Assembly: GCA_963716205.1 (NCBI GenBank) | Contig: OY970290.1 | Span: forward strand, 30,411 to 94,410 | Reading direction: 5' to 3' | Source of the DNA: an uncultured bacterium | Lineage (GTDB): Bacteria > Patescibacteriota > Minisyncoccia > Phycocordibacterales > GWA1-40-21 | DNA: 64,000 nucleotides | Notes under the pieces: generated by a model | Told to the model about the DNA's origin: nothing | Database searches by the model: none | Seen by the model: the letters and a program-made list of their open reading frames with translations, nothing else | In this document: one piece after another, positions 38,481 through 47,809 of the stretch | Layout: the number at the start of each line of letters is the position of its first letter | How positions within the stretch are numbered: the stretch's first letter is position 1 | Made by a program: the position numbers and the translations under genes

Positions 38481-39323
38481 ATGAAAATTTTAGATGGAAA
38501 AAAAGTTCGCGACATACTCGCGGAGAAAATAAAAAAAGAATTAAAAAAACTCAAGGCAAAGCCAACACTTGCTATTGTGCAAGTCGGCAATAATCCCGCT
38601 TCGGCAGTTTATATACAGCAGAAAAAACTTTTCGGAGAAAAACTCGGCTGTAACGTCCGACACATTCATTTTTGGGAAAAAACATCTGAATCCGCATTGT
38701 TGTTAAAGATAAAAAAATTGAATGCCGACAAAAAAGTGAATGGTATCATCGTCCAGCTTCCGCTTCCAAATCATATTGATGAAATGAAAATAATAGAGCA
38801 TATTTCTCCCGGAAAAGATGTTGATGGACTGAATTCTAAAAATCTACACTTTCTTTTGGAAAATATTCCCGGCGGTTTTACTCCCGCAACGACGAAAGGC
38901 ATTGTATCGCTTTTGGATTTTTACAAAATTCTGATTGAAGGGAAAAAAGTCACTGTTGTCGGCAGATCGCTTCTTGTCGGCAAGCCGACCGCGCTTGCAT
39001 TCTTAAATCGAAACGCGACGGTAACCGTCTGCCACAGCAAGACGAAAGATATCAAAAATGAAATCAAGCGGGCAGATATCATCGTTTCAGCAATCGGAAA
39101 ACCAAAATTCATCAAGAAAAATTTTGTGAAATCAGGACAAATAATTATCGATGTCGGCATTACGAAGACCGGCGAGAAATTCTTTGGCGACGTTGATTTC
39201 AAGCCGGTTTCAAAAATTGTAAGGGCGATAACGCCTGTTCCGGGAGGTGTGGGCCCGATGACTGTCGTTTCTCTTTTTGAGAATATTTTGCTATCATACA
39301 AGAGACAGAAAGGTCTCAGATAA
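38481..39323 (+). CDS. folD: Methylenetetrahydrofolate dehydrogenase/cyclohydrolase
   Basis: GIIVQLPLP, KDVDG, GRS.LVGKP, DVGI, TPVPGGVGPMT. Confidence 0.97.
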   Translation: MKILDGKKVRDILAEKIKKELKKLKAKPTLAIVQVGNNPASAVYIQQKKLFGEKLGCNVRHIHFWEKTSESALLLKIKKLNADKKVNGIIVQLPLPNHIDEMKIIEHISPGKDVDGLNSKNLHFLLENIPGGFTPATTKGIVSLLDFYKILIEGKKVTVVGRSLLVGKPTALAFLNRNATVTVCHSKTKDIKNEIKRADIIVSAIGKPKFIKKNFVKSGQIIIDVGITKTGEKFFGDVDFKPVSKIVRAITPVPGGVGPMTVVSLFENILLSYKRQKGLR

Positions 39324-39348
39324 TTTATCAAAATTTAATTTTATCATT

Positions 39349-40149
39349 ATGGAAGATAAAAAAGTTTGTTGTGCGGAATGGAAAAATCACAAGTGCGCGC
39401 ATATTGCGGTCAGCATTATTGTTATTCTGCTCGCTATTTTTTTGATCAAGGAAATATTTCAGGGCAACGATCGGGGAAATAAAAATGCAGATCAGAACAC
39501 TGTCGTGGTGACAGGAAAAGGCGAGCTTACGGTCAAGCCGGATATTGCCGAAGTTTCTTTCTCGGTGACCGATGAAAACATGGATGTTTCAAAGGCATCG
39601 GATGCGGTCAATACGAAAATTGCGGCGATTGTTTCTAAGCTTGAAGTCGATGGCATTGCCGATGCGGACATCAAGACGACTGGCTATGATATTGAACCTC
39701 AGTACAATTATGTAAATGAACCGACACCGATGAACGGTTTGTATATGCCCGCTGGAAAACAAGTACTTGCCGGATATAATGTGACCGACAGTATTGATAT
39801 AAAAATCCGCGACCTGACGAAAGCGGGAAGCATTGTGACTGATCTCGGCACGCTTGGCGTGACCGACATGAGTGGACTTACTTTCACAGAAGACAAATAC
39901 GATGATTTGGTTTTGCAGGCTCGGGATGCGGCAATCGCTGATGCGAGGACGCAGGCGCAGGATCTTGCGAAAGCACTCGGCGTGAAGCTCATCAAAATTG
40001 TCGCGTATTCGGATCAATCGCAGCCGATCTATTATCCCGTTGCAATGGCGGCAACTTCCATGGGGGCAAATGCCGCTGTACCAGCAACTTTGCCGACAGG
40101 TCAGAATACAATCACCTCAAATGTGAGTGTGACATATGAGATACAATAG
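39349..40149 (+). CDS. SIMPL/DUF541 domain protein
   Basis: N-terminal TM, VTGKGE..VKPD.A, AR..AI.DAR.QA..LA..LGVKL, V.VTYEI; start ATG 39349. Confidence 0.9.
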   Translation: MEDKKVCCAEWKNHKCAHIAVSIIVILLAIFLIKEIFQGNDRGNKNADQNTVVVTGKGELTVKPDIAEVSFSVTDENMDVSKASDAVNTKIAAIVSKLEVDGIADADIKTTGYDIEPQYNYVNEPTPMNGLYMPAGKQVLAGYNVTDSIDIKIRDLTKAGSIVTDLGTLGVTDMSGLTFTEDKYDDLVLQARDAAIADARTQAQDLAKALGVKLIKIVAYSDQSQPIYYPVAMAATSMGANAAVPATLPTGQNTITSNVSVTYEIQ

Positions 40150-40218
40150 GGCTTGCATTTTTCGGGCGTTTTGTGCTATTCTATAAAAGCCCCCGACGGG
40201 GGTTTTTATATAAAACAT

Positions 40219-40401
40219 ATGTCAAAATTATCAAATTACATCAAGGAAACGAGGGAGGAAATGAAGCATGTGAGCTGGCCGACGCGAAGACAGACGATTA
40301 TTTTTATGACACTTGTCATTATTATTTCAGTCGTCGTATCAGCATATCTCGGACTTTTTGACTATATATTTTCCACAGGATTAAAAAGTGTTCTTTTTTA
40401 A
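40219..40401 (+). CDS. secE: Preprotein translocase SecE
   Basis: E.KHVSWPTR plus one TM; precedes nusG. Confidence 0.95.
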   Translation: MSKLSNYIKETREEMKHVSWPTRRQTIIFMTLVIIISVVVSAYLGLFDYIFSTGLKSVLF

Positions 40402-40410
40402 AAATACATT

Positions 40411-40956
40411 ATGGCAAAGCAAACAATAGAACAGGGAAGACATTGGTATGCGATCCACACCTATGCGGGATATGAAAATGCCGTTGCGAGAAATTTGAAG
40501 CAAAGAATCGATTCACTCAACATGAATGACAAGATTTTCAATGTCGTTGTTCCTGTCGAGAAAAAAATAAAAATCAAAGGTAATAAAAGAGTTGAGGAAG
40601 AGGAAAAAATATATCCCGGCTATATTCTCGTTGATATGATTGTGACCGATGAATCCTGGTTTGTTGTCCGAAATACTCCTCGTGTTACCGGCTTTGTCGG
40701 TGCGGGTGTCTATCCGGTGCCACTGACACAAAAAGAAATCGATTTTCTTTTGGGAAGAATGGACAACAGCACAGTCACCCATGCGGTGGATTTTTCTGTC
40801 GGAGAGTCGGTGAAAATCGTAGACGGACCGTTTAAAGATTTGGAAGGTAAAATCAGCGAGATCGATGGCGAAAAAGGAAAGGCACGGGTGATGGTTTTGA
40901 TGTTCGGCAGAGAGACATCCGTCGAGCTTGACCTTTTGCAGATTCGAAAAGCATAA
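40411..40956 (+). CDS. nusG: Transcription factor NusG
   Basis: WYAIHTYAGYE, YPGYILV, VRNTPRVTGFVG, KOW domain, FGRET. Confidence 0.98.
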   Translation: MAKQTIEQGRHWYAIHTYAGYENAVARNLKQRIDSLNMNDKIFNVVVPVEKKIKIKGNKRVEEEEKIYPGYILVDMIVTDESWFVVRNTPRVTGFVGAGVYPVPLTQKEIDFLLGRMDNSTVTHAVDFSVGESVKIVDGPFKDLEGKISEIDGEKGKARVMVLMFGRETSVELDLLQIRKA

Positions 40957-41019
40957 CTTTACTTTCAGCAGTTTTTCTGTTAGCTTGAATGAGCCTCTGG
41001 TTACTAAATTAAAAAAGAA

Positions 41020-41442
41020 ATGGCAAAAAAAATATCAAAAAAATTAAAACTTCAGATTCCAGCAGGCAAAGCTGTTCCGGCGCCGCCAGTTGGACCTGTG
41101 CTCGGTCAGGCAGGTATCAATATCGGTGATTTTATCAACAAGTTTAATACGGCGACCAAAGCAATGATCGGCGATATTCTTCCAGTTGTCATTACGGTGT
41201 ATGAAGACAGATCGTACGATTTTGTTCTCAAAACCCCTCCGACAGCAGCACTTATTTTGAAAGCGATAGGAAAAGAAAAAGGTTCAGGCAAGCCGAATAC
41301 TCAAAAGATTGGCACGTTGACAAAAACCCAAGTCAAAGAAATTGCAGAGCGAAAGCTTGTAGACATGAACGCTTACGATATCAATGCGGCAATGAAAATG
41401 GTGGAAGGCGCAGCGCGATCGATGGGAGTGGAAGTGAAATAA
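41020..41442 (+). CDS. rplK: 50S ribosomal protein uL11
   Basis: [26 protein letters not shown]. Confidence 0.98.
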   Translation: MAKKISKKLKLQIPAGKAVPAPPVGPVLGQAGINIGDFINKFNTATKAMIGDILPVVITVYEDRSYDFVLKTPPTAALILKAIGKEKGSGKPNTQKIGTLTKTQVKEIAERKLVDMNAYDINAAMKMVEGAARSMGVEVK

Positions 41443-41463
41443 AATAAATAAATTTAAAATAAA

Positions 41464-41498
41464 AAAAGGGCTTTTCCGTAAAACGGAAAAGCCCTTTT
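41464..41498. terminator. Bidirectional terminator after rplK and thyX
   Basis: AAAAGGGCTTTTCCGT-AAA-ACGGAAAAGCCCTTTT. Confidence 0.9.
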
Positions 41499-41509
41499 GA
41501 AAACTAAAT

Positions 41510-42889
41510 TCACACTTTCCTTTCTTTGAAATCAAAAGTTTCGATGACGACTCCGCAATACCTTTGACCTTCTCCGCAGCCACCATCTTTTACACACGGT
41601 GGAGCGAAAACCCAATCCAACTGCGGGTGCAACTTGAGGACCTGTTCTCGCATTTGGGTACCCAAGTGATAAATTTCCTCTTGAGCAAGCCAGCAGCAAC
41701 GCTTCGCCATTTCATGCGCGATAGCGTTCAGATCGCCTTTCTTGCGATACTTGACCATTGCCCCATACGGAGCAAGAACAGTCGCAAGAGTTTTTGGCAA
41801 TCCCAAAGAAAGATCTGCCCACAGGGTCAAAACCGATTTGAGTTGCTTACCTAGACCCATCTCTGCAAGAAGTGGAGGTAAATATGCGAAACCAGTAAAT
41901 TCCGGTTCGCTTCTCCTGATCGTGCGATGACGTTGGTCTTGGCCCATAGTAGCAACAGAAAGAATAATTTCCGCCGTGAAAGTCGTATCGGAATTGTCCA
42001 TGTACTTCGGTTTGAAGTGAAGCACATCGATTGGATGCATGTCATCGGGATGAGGAATCACGATGTTATCCCCAAGAACGACTCTCTCGAGGCGATATTC
42101 CGGTTTCGTCCGACAATCACCGATCTCAATGACTGGTAATCCTTTCGGGAAATAATCTTCCCCGAAGCGCAATTTCGGATCGAACATGTAAGAAATTTCC
42201 GGGAACTTTTCCAAGATCAAATCTCGCATGACATCCGTAATCGCACGCATGGTCGGATTTGGAGCACTCTTCCAGAGCGAAAACAAACCCGAAAGATTGA
42301 CGGTAAAATCAAAACCGGTCGGAAAAATGATGGGAATGAATGCCCTCATTTGTTCTTGAGCAATCTTTCCGCAGTTTGCGTCGATCGATTTTTCCGGAAG
42401 TTTCGGCCTTTCAATCGTCATATGCTTTTTGGAAAAAGCCGTGGCTGCTTCCAAATTGTTTTTGTAGTGGCCGATTGCAACGACAAGATAATTCATAATA
42501 TCGGCAATTTGCTTCTCGGTTGTTTCCGGCCAAAACTCCATGACGTAACGCTTGAGTTCATCAAAATTCGGATTGGCGAACATCGCGGAACAAAATCTTC
42601 CGCTGCGCTGGTCCGAATTGTAGAACGGACTCGCAAGATGCATTCCGAAAGTGATGTCACCAACGCAAATACCCTCGATGTTGAAAGTGGCTGACCAATG
42701 CTGAAGCGTGGTGTGGTGACCAACATTGAAAAGCCGACCTTTGATATCCATCGACTTCCCCCATTCCGGAGGTTCAGCCTGATAACATTCTTGTGCTGCA
42801 TGCGAAGCCGAATCTGTCGGTTTCGCACTGGTAAGTGTCAACAGTTCAACACTGATACTGCCTCCATTCGTAAACTTTTTCGAATTCAT
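41510..42889 (-). CDS. thyX: Tandem-domain flavin-dependent thymidylate synthase (ThyX-like), divergent
   Basis: GHHTTLQH and QRSGRF in domain 1; QDQRHRT, R....AQEEI and Cys-rich tail in domain 2; 459 aa; next to dcd/tmk/dut. Confidence 0.78.
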   Translation of the reverse strand: MNSKKFTNGGSISVELLTLTSAKPTDSASHAAQECYQAEPPEWGKSMDIKGRLFNVGHHTTLQHWSATFNIEGICVGDITFGMHLASPFYNSDQRSGRFCSAMFANPNFDELKRYVMEFWPETTEKQIADIMNYLVVAIGHYKNNLEAATAFSKKHMTIERPKLPEKSIDANCGKIAQEQMRAFIPIIFPTGFDFTVNLSGLFSLWKSAPNPTMRAITDVMRDLILEKFPEISYMFDPKLRFGEDYFPKGLPVIEIGDCRTKPEYRLERVVLGDNIVIPHPDDMHPIDVLHFKPKYMDNSDTTFTAEIILSVATMGQDQRHRTIRRSEPEFTGFAYLPPLLAEMGLGKQLKSVLTLWADLSLGLPKTLATVLAPYGAMVKYRKKGDLNAIAHEMAKRCCWLAQEEIYHLGTQMREQVLKLHPQLDWVFAPPCVKDGGCGEGQRYCGVVIETFDFKERKV

Positions 42890-43042
42890 GCTGTCCTACC
42901 TTTCCGTATACTTTTTATGTGAATTTAAAATAACTGCTGATTCCTTTAAAAATCTACTTCATTTAAAAATAAAGTCAAATCCTTTATTTATTTGCAAATA
43001 AAAAAGTCGATGCAGCATACAGCGTGTTACATCGACTTTTTG

Positions 43043-43714
43043 TTATTTCTGAATTTCCCGATCCTTGTGAAGTTTCGGAAGCATCATGGAAGGATCCCAG
43101 GATTTCATAATGGTTTTTAGATCTGTCGAGCTCTGATATTTCCCGAGCTTTGCATAATCTGCACCCAAAATTGGTCCGGTCTCCTCAAAAATGATCTGCG
43201 CAATGCGTCTTCCAACAACGAGCGGAATCGTATAAGATTTCGAACCGTTCGTAATTTCCATGGTCCAGCGATTGATGAAGCCGACATCACCCCAGCCCGC
43301 ACACTTACAGACTGTGATAAAACTTCTTCCCATCGATGAACGCGCTTGCATGCTAGTCGTGATGTGTCCTCGCCCACCAATAAATTCTTCGGTGTGTGCG
43401 AGAATCATTTCACCTGGCTCGAGCATAATGACCAGATCATTTGGATTGATACCCTCATGATCGAGTCCCATCTCCCCGAATCTGCAACCTGCCCGTTCCG
43501 CCTGAAGTGCTCTTTTGCCCCAAACCTGCTTGACGTGCTCCTCATTGTATATGTTGTAAAAGCGCTGGTTGTACGCGGGATTGCGCGCCCGATAAAAGTA
43601 CCTGCCCAGTGTTACATCATAACTTGAAGTTGCGAGATTGGCTCTATTGAAAGGTTCAATAACAATATACCCTTTCTTTTTTTCCTGCAGAATGCGCCTA
43701 TCCGACAAAGCCAT
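43043..43714 (-). CDS. dcd: dCTP deaminase
   Basis: LSDRRI, SYDVTLG, ARSSMGR, AGWGDVGF, TMEI.N, RIAQIIF; SD GGAGG; start ATG 43714. Confidence 0.92.
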   Translation of the reverse strand: MALSDRRILQEKKKGYIVIEPFNRANLATSSYDVTLGRYFYRARNPAYNQRFYNIYNEEHVKQVWGKRALQAERAGCRFGEMGLDHEGINPNDLVIMLEPGEMILAHTEEFIGGRGHITTSMQARSSMGRSFITVCKCAGWGDVGFINRWTMEITNGSKSYTIPLVVGRRIAQIIFEETGPILGADYAKLGKYQSSTDLKTIMKSWDPSMMLPKLHKDREIQK

Positions 43715-43840
43715 GATTTTCCTCCATAAAATGGATTGAACGAATTCTTCTAAATTAAATAATACATTGTTATATGAAAAAGTAAATATACAAGATAAAG
43801 AATATTCTTCATTTTTATATATGATACAATCATTCGTACT

Positions 43841-44395
43841 ATGGCAAAAATAATTTTTGGACTTGTCGGACCGCTCGCAGGCGGCAAAGGCGAGATAAAA
43901 AAATACATTGAAGAAAAATATCACGGAAAAGATTGCCGTTTTTCCACGCCACTCCGCAATGTTTTAAATCAGCTCGATATTACGACAAGCAGAGAAAATT
44001 TGCAAAAAGTCTCGACGGTCCTGCGCCAGACATTTGGCGAGAATTTGCTTTCGAAGACAATTGCAAAAGAAGCCGAAGGATTCGATGCTGATATCGTGGT
44101 CGTTGATGGCGTAAGACGAGTGACTGATGTCGATTATTTGCTTTCCAAGGAAAATTTTGTTCTTGTTGCTGTCGATGCCGATCCGAAAATTCGATTTGAT
44201 CGGCTCGTATCACGAAACGAAAATGTTGGTGATGATAAAAAGACTTTTGAGCAATTTTTGGAAGATCAAAATAAAGAGTCGGATCGGCAGATTCCCGAAG
44301 TGATGAAATCTGCAAAAGAAATTATTAACAATGACGGAAGTTTGGAAGATTTATATAAGCAAGTTGATTCTTTGGTGAAAAAATATTTGAAATAA
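43841..44395 (+). CDS. P-loop nucleotide-kinase-like protein (dephospho-CoA kinase-like/UPF0200)
   Basis: GLVGPLAGGKG, VVDGVRR, R..R...R lid, I.NDGSLEDL. Confidence 0.85.
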   Translation: MAKIIFGLVGPLAGGKGEIKKYIEEKYHGKDCRFSTPLRNVLNQLDITTSRENLQKVSTVLRQTFGENLLSKTIAKEAEGFDADIVVVDGVRRVTDVDYLLSKENFVLVAVDADPKIRFDRLVSRNENVGDDKKTFEQFLEDQNKESDRQIPEVMKSAKEIINNDGSLEDLYKQVDSLVKKYLK

Positions 44396-44471
44396 AATCC
44401 TTGCAATTTCCTGGCTTGGCGCTAGGATACGGACAGAAAAGGTCTTTATCTAAAAAACAAGAGGGTGATCC

Positions 44472-45116
44472 ATGATGGAACACAAAGGTCGTTTTATTGC
44501 TGTCTCGGGAGGCGAAGGCGCAGGCAAGACCAGCCAGATCGAGCATGCCAAAATCGAATTTGGCGATCGAATAGTATGCACGCGTGAGCCGGGCGGCACG
44601 CCGTCCGCAGAAAAAATCCGGGAATTTTTCTTGTCTGAAGAAATACAGAATTCAGATGTGCTGACAAGGATGCTCTTGATGTTTGCCATGCGGCGTCTGC
44701 ATGCGGAGGAAAAGATTCGCGGTGCGCTCAAAGGTGGTAAGCTTGTCATCTGCGATCGCAGCGATTCGGACACTTTTGCATATCAGATCCGGGCTGAAGA
44801 CGGAAAACAGTACGAGAAACTTTTCTGGCAACTGCGCGAAAGCGTTTATGACGATATCAAGCCGGATCTCTATGTGCATTTTGACATTGAGCCGTCCGTC
44901 GGTATCTTTCGTAAGCTCGATCAAAGCAGTTCGGAACAGAATACGTACGATCAAAAGCCACTCGGATTTCACGACAAGGTTCATGAAGGACTTAAAGAAT
45001 TTATGGGCCTCAAAGATATCTTGAGTACTCGTATCGATGCGAGCCAAGGCAAGGAGGAAGTCTGGCATGCATTTCGAGAAATTATTGAAGGTCAGTTGCG
45101 CTTTCTCGGCCACTGA
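44472..45116 (+). CDS. tmk: Thymidylate kinase
   Basis: GGEGAGKT, TREPGGT, ICDR, AYQ, PDL; SD GAGGG. Confidence 0.93.
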   Translation: MMEHKGRFIAVSGGEGAGKTSQIEHAKIEFGDRIVCTREPGGTPSAEKIREFFLSEEIQNSDVLTRMLLMFAMRRLHAEEKIRGALKGGKLVICDRSDSDTFAYQIRAEDGKQYEKLFWQLRESVYDDIKPDLYVHFDIEPSVGIFRKLDQSSSEQNTYDQKPLGFHDKVHEGLKEFMGLKDILSTRIDASQGKEEVWHAFREIIEGQLRFLGH

Positions 45117-45186
45117 TATTTCAAAAGGGTTTGGACGCAAGTTCAAACCCTTTTTATTTTTTCTCTGAGTCTGTTATTATGGCTCT

Positions 45187-45609
45187 ATGCTTCTCAAAAT
45201 CAAAAAACTCCATGCAGATGCAAAGATGCCAAGTTATGCACATCATGACGATGCGGGATTTGATCTCTATGCGGTAGAAAATACCACGGTCAAAGTCGGC
45301 GAGCGAGTTGCGATGCCGACGGGGATTGCGATGGAGATACCAGAAGGATTCGTCGGACTCGTCTGGGACAAAAGCGGTATTGCGGTCAAACACGGAATCA
45401 ATACGATTGCCGGCGTGGTGGATTCGAGCTATCGGGGCGAAGTAGTTGTCGCTCTCGTGAATAATGGTGAGAATGATTACACTTTTGAAAAAGGGCACAA
45501 AGTCGCGCAGATGATCGTCCAGAAGAAAGAAACTGTTCAATTTGAAGAAGCGAAAGAACTTTCAGATACTCTGCGTGGCGCGGATGGCTTTGGCAGCACG
45601 GGGAAATAA
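45187..45609 (+). CDS. dut: dUTPase (trimeric)
   Basis: AGFDL, KSG, GVVDSSYRGE, VAQM, RGADGFGSTG. Confidence 0.97.
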   Translation: MLLKIKKLHADAKMPSYAHHDDAGFDLYAVENTTVKVGERVAMPTGIAMEIPEGFVGLVWDKSGIAVKHGINTIAGVVDSSYRGEVVVALVNNGENDYTFEKGHKVAQMIVQKKETVQFEEAKELSDTLRGADGFGSTGK

Positions 45610-45626
45610 TTATAATAATAAAAATC

Positions 45627-46838
45627 ATGTCAGAAAATAAATTTCCAAAAGGATTTTTCTGGGGCGCGTCGACTGCAAGCCATCAAGTCGAGGGAAACAC
45701 GCACAATCAATGGAGCGAATGGGAAAAATCCCCAGCTCGTTTGGCGGAGCTCGAAAAAGACGGACGTATTGCGAAATACGGCAAGGAAAATTATATTTCA
45801 GGACGTGCGGCGGATCATTACAATCGTTTTGAAGAAGATTTCAAATTGGCAAAAGAACTTGGTCACAATGCGACGCGCATCTCTATTGAATGGTCGCGTA
45901 TCGAACCTCGCGAAGGAGAATTTGATGTGAAAGAAATCGAGCACTATCGCCGCGTCATCGCTTCGATACGGCAAAATGGAATGGAACCTTTTGTCACGCT
46001 GTGGCATTGGACATCGCCGATCTGGTTTTCAGAGATTGGCGGATTTGAGCGCAGAGAAAATGCAAAATATTTTTCAAGATATGCCGAAAAAATGGCAAAG
46101 GAACTTTCCGATGTGAAATTCTGGCTGACATTGAACGAACCGGAAGTTGTCACGAGCCACAGCTATCTGAATGGCATTTGGCCGCCGCAAAAGAAAAATT
46201 TGTTTTTGACAATTTCGGTATATCACAATCTTATCTATTCTCATCAAGTGGCATACTGCTCTATGAAATCAGTAAACAAAAATCTACAAATTAGTGTCGC
46301 TAAACACAATATTTATTATGAAGCGTACGAAGGCAGATGGTGGAATATTCTTGTGAAAAAATTCATGGATTGGACCGTCAATTTTTATTTTCTCAACCGT
46401 ATTAGGAATTATCAGGATTTCATCGGACTTAATCATTATTTTCATAATCGTATCAGGAATTTCAAGCTGAATCAGAATGAAAATAAAAAGGTGAGTGACA
46501 TGGGCTGGGAATTGTATCCAGAAGCTATCTATCATGCGCTTATGGATTTAAAAAAATACAAAATGCCAATTTATATTACCGAGAACGGCTTGGCAGATGC
46601 CAAAGATTTCCAAAGAGCGTGGTTCATTGAGGAAAGTTTAAAAAATGTGCATCGGGCGATTGCCGATGGAGCGGATGTGCGAGGATATTTGCATTGGTCG
46701 CTCATGGATAATTTTGAATGGGACAAAGGATTCTGGCCGCGTTTCGGACTAATCGAGATAGATTACAAAACTTTGGAACGAAAAATACGACCAAGCGCGC
46801 TTGTCTACAAAAAGATACTTGAAAATAATGGATTTTAA
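45627..46838 (+). CDS. Glycoside hydrolase family 1 (beta-glucosidase-like)
   Basis: F.WG.STASHQVEG, TLNEP, YITENG, WSLMDNFEW. Confidence 0.95.
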   Translation: MSENKFPKGFFWGASTASHQVEGNTHNQWSEWEKSPARLAELEKDGRIAKYGKENYISGRAADHYNRFEEDFKLAKELGHNATRISIEWSRIEPREGEFDVKEIEHYRRVIASIRQNGMEPFVTLWHWTSPIWFSEIGGFERRENAKYFSRYAEKMAKELSDVKFWLTLNEPEVVTSHSYLNGIWPPQKKNLFLTISVYHNLIYSHQVAYCSMKSVNKNLQISVAKHNIYYEAYEGRWWNILVKKFMDWTVNFYFLNRIRNYQDFIGLNHYFHNRIRNFKLNQNENKKVSDMGWELYPEAIYHALMDLKKYKMPIYITENGLADAKDFQRAWFIEESLKNVHRAIADGADVRGYLHWSLMDNFEWDKGFWPRFGLIEIDYKTLERKIRPSALVYKKILENNGF

Positions 46839-46910
46839 GATTATGGAAGAATTACCTTATTTGTGATACAGTAAACAGGTTCAATTACTAATAATTAATG
46901 CAATAAAAAT

Positions 46911-47165
46911 ATGGCAGAAAAAGGTTCAGCGTTTATGAAGCCGCTCAACGTGAGCGCAGACTTGGCGAAAGTGGTCGGCAAAGGTCCGATGCCTCGCTCT
47001 GAAGTCGTGAAAGCTCTGTGGGTGTATATCAAAAAGAATAATCTTCAGGATCCGCAGAAAAAGAGAAATATTATCGCTGATGCGAATCTAAAAGCGGTTT
47101 TCGGAGGCAAAGCGGTCGTCGACATGTTTGAGATGACGAAACTTGTTTCAAAGCACCTTTCATAA
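46911..47165 (+). CDS. Stand-alone SWIB/MDM2 domain protein
   Basis: S..LA.VVG...MPRSEVVK.LW.YIKKNNLQDP..KR.I..D..L...MFEM.K..SKHL. Confidence 0.92.
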   Translation: MAEKGSAFMKPLNVSADLAKVVGKGPMPRSEVVKALWVYIKKNNLQDPQKKRNIIADANLKAVFGGKAVVDMFEMTKLVSKHLS

Positions 47166-47186
47166 AATAGTTTTTAAGAAAATACA

Positions 47187-47229
47187 AAATCATAAAGAGC
47201 GGCGCCGAAGGTGCCGCTCTTTATGATTT
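47187..47229. terminator. Terminator / REP-like palindrome
   Basis: 20-bp arms around a GAA loop; core shared with 17329-17353. Confidence 0.85.
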
Positions 47230-47343
47230 ACAAAGTCAATCTGGTGAAGTATACTCAAACTCGAATTAAGACAAAAAACGGTCTTTTGCAGGTTCTTTCA
47301 AAAATAAAATCCTATTTAAAATAGGTAGAAAAGGAAGTGCGCT

Positions 47344-47724
47344 ATGACAAGGAAATGTGTCATGATGGTAAGGAGCAGAAAATCTTTCTTAAAACCCTTC
47401 AAGAAGGGTATTTCTGGTCAAGAAGTTATGAGACGGCTGAAGAAAGCCAATCCGAAGGTTTATGGTCTTTTGAAAAATCCTACGGCGGAAGTGAATTTAG
47501 CTTTCAACACAAAGATACTGCGCAATAAAAAAGGTTTGTCGCCAGAGGCTTTAGCGGCACAAGCTCAGATTTTTATTGAGCGATTTGATGGAATTGAGAA
47601 TTATCTATGTGATTCGGAACGTGGTCCAACCGTGACCGAAGCCGAGCAAATAGCAAAAGCTTTGGGTGTTAGAATAGAAACGCTTTTCAAAAGTCGCGAT
47701 TGGATAAAATATTTTCTAGCATAG
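47344..47724 (+). CDS. XRE-family helix-turn-helix protein
   Basis: LR.KKGLS.EALA...IEN....PTV....IAKALGV.IETLF; own promoter and terminator (47741-47769). Confidence 0.8.
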   Translation: MTRKCVMMVRSRKSFLKPFKKGISGQEVMRRLKKANPKVYGLLKNPTAEVNLAFNTKILRNKKGLSPEALAAQAQIFIERFDGIENYLCDSERGPTVTEAEQIAKALGVRIETLFKSRDWIKYFLA

Positions 47725-47809
47725 GAAGTCATCGACAAATAAAACCTCTGAAGTGATTCGGAGGTTTTTATTTTTAGCAGATTTAAATTTTTTGTGCTAA
47801 CCTTTTCTT

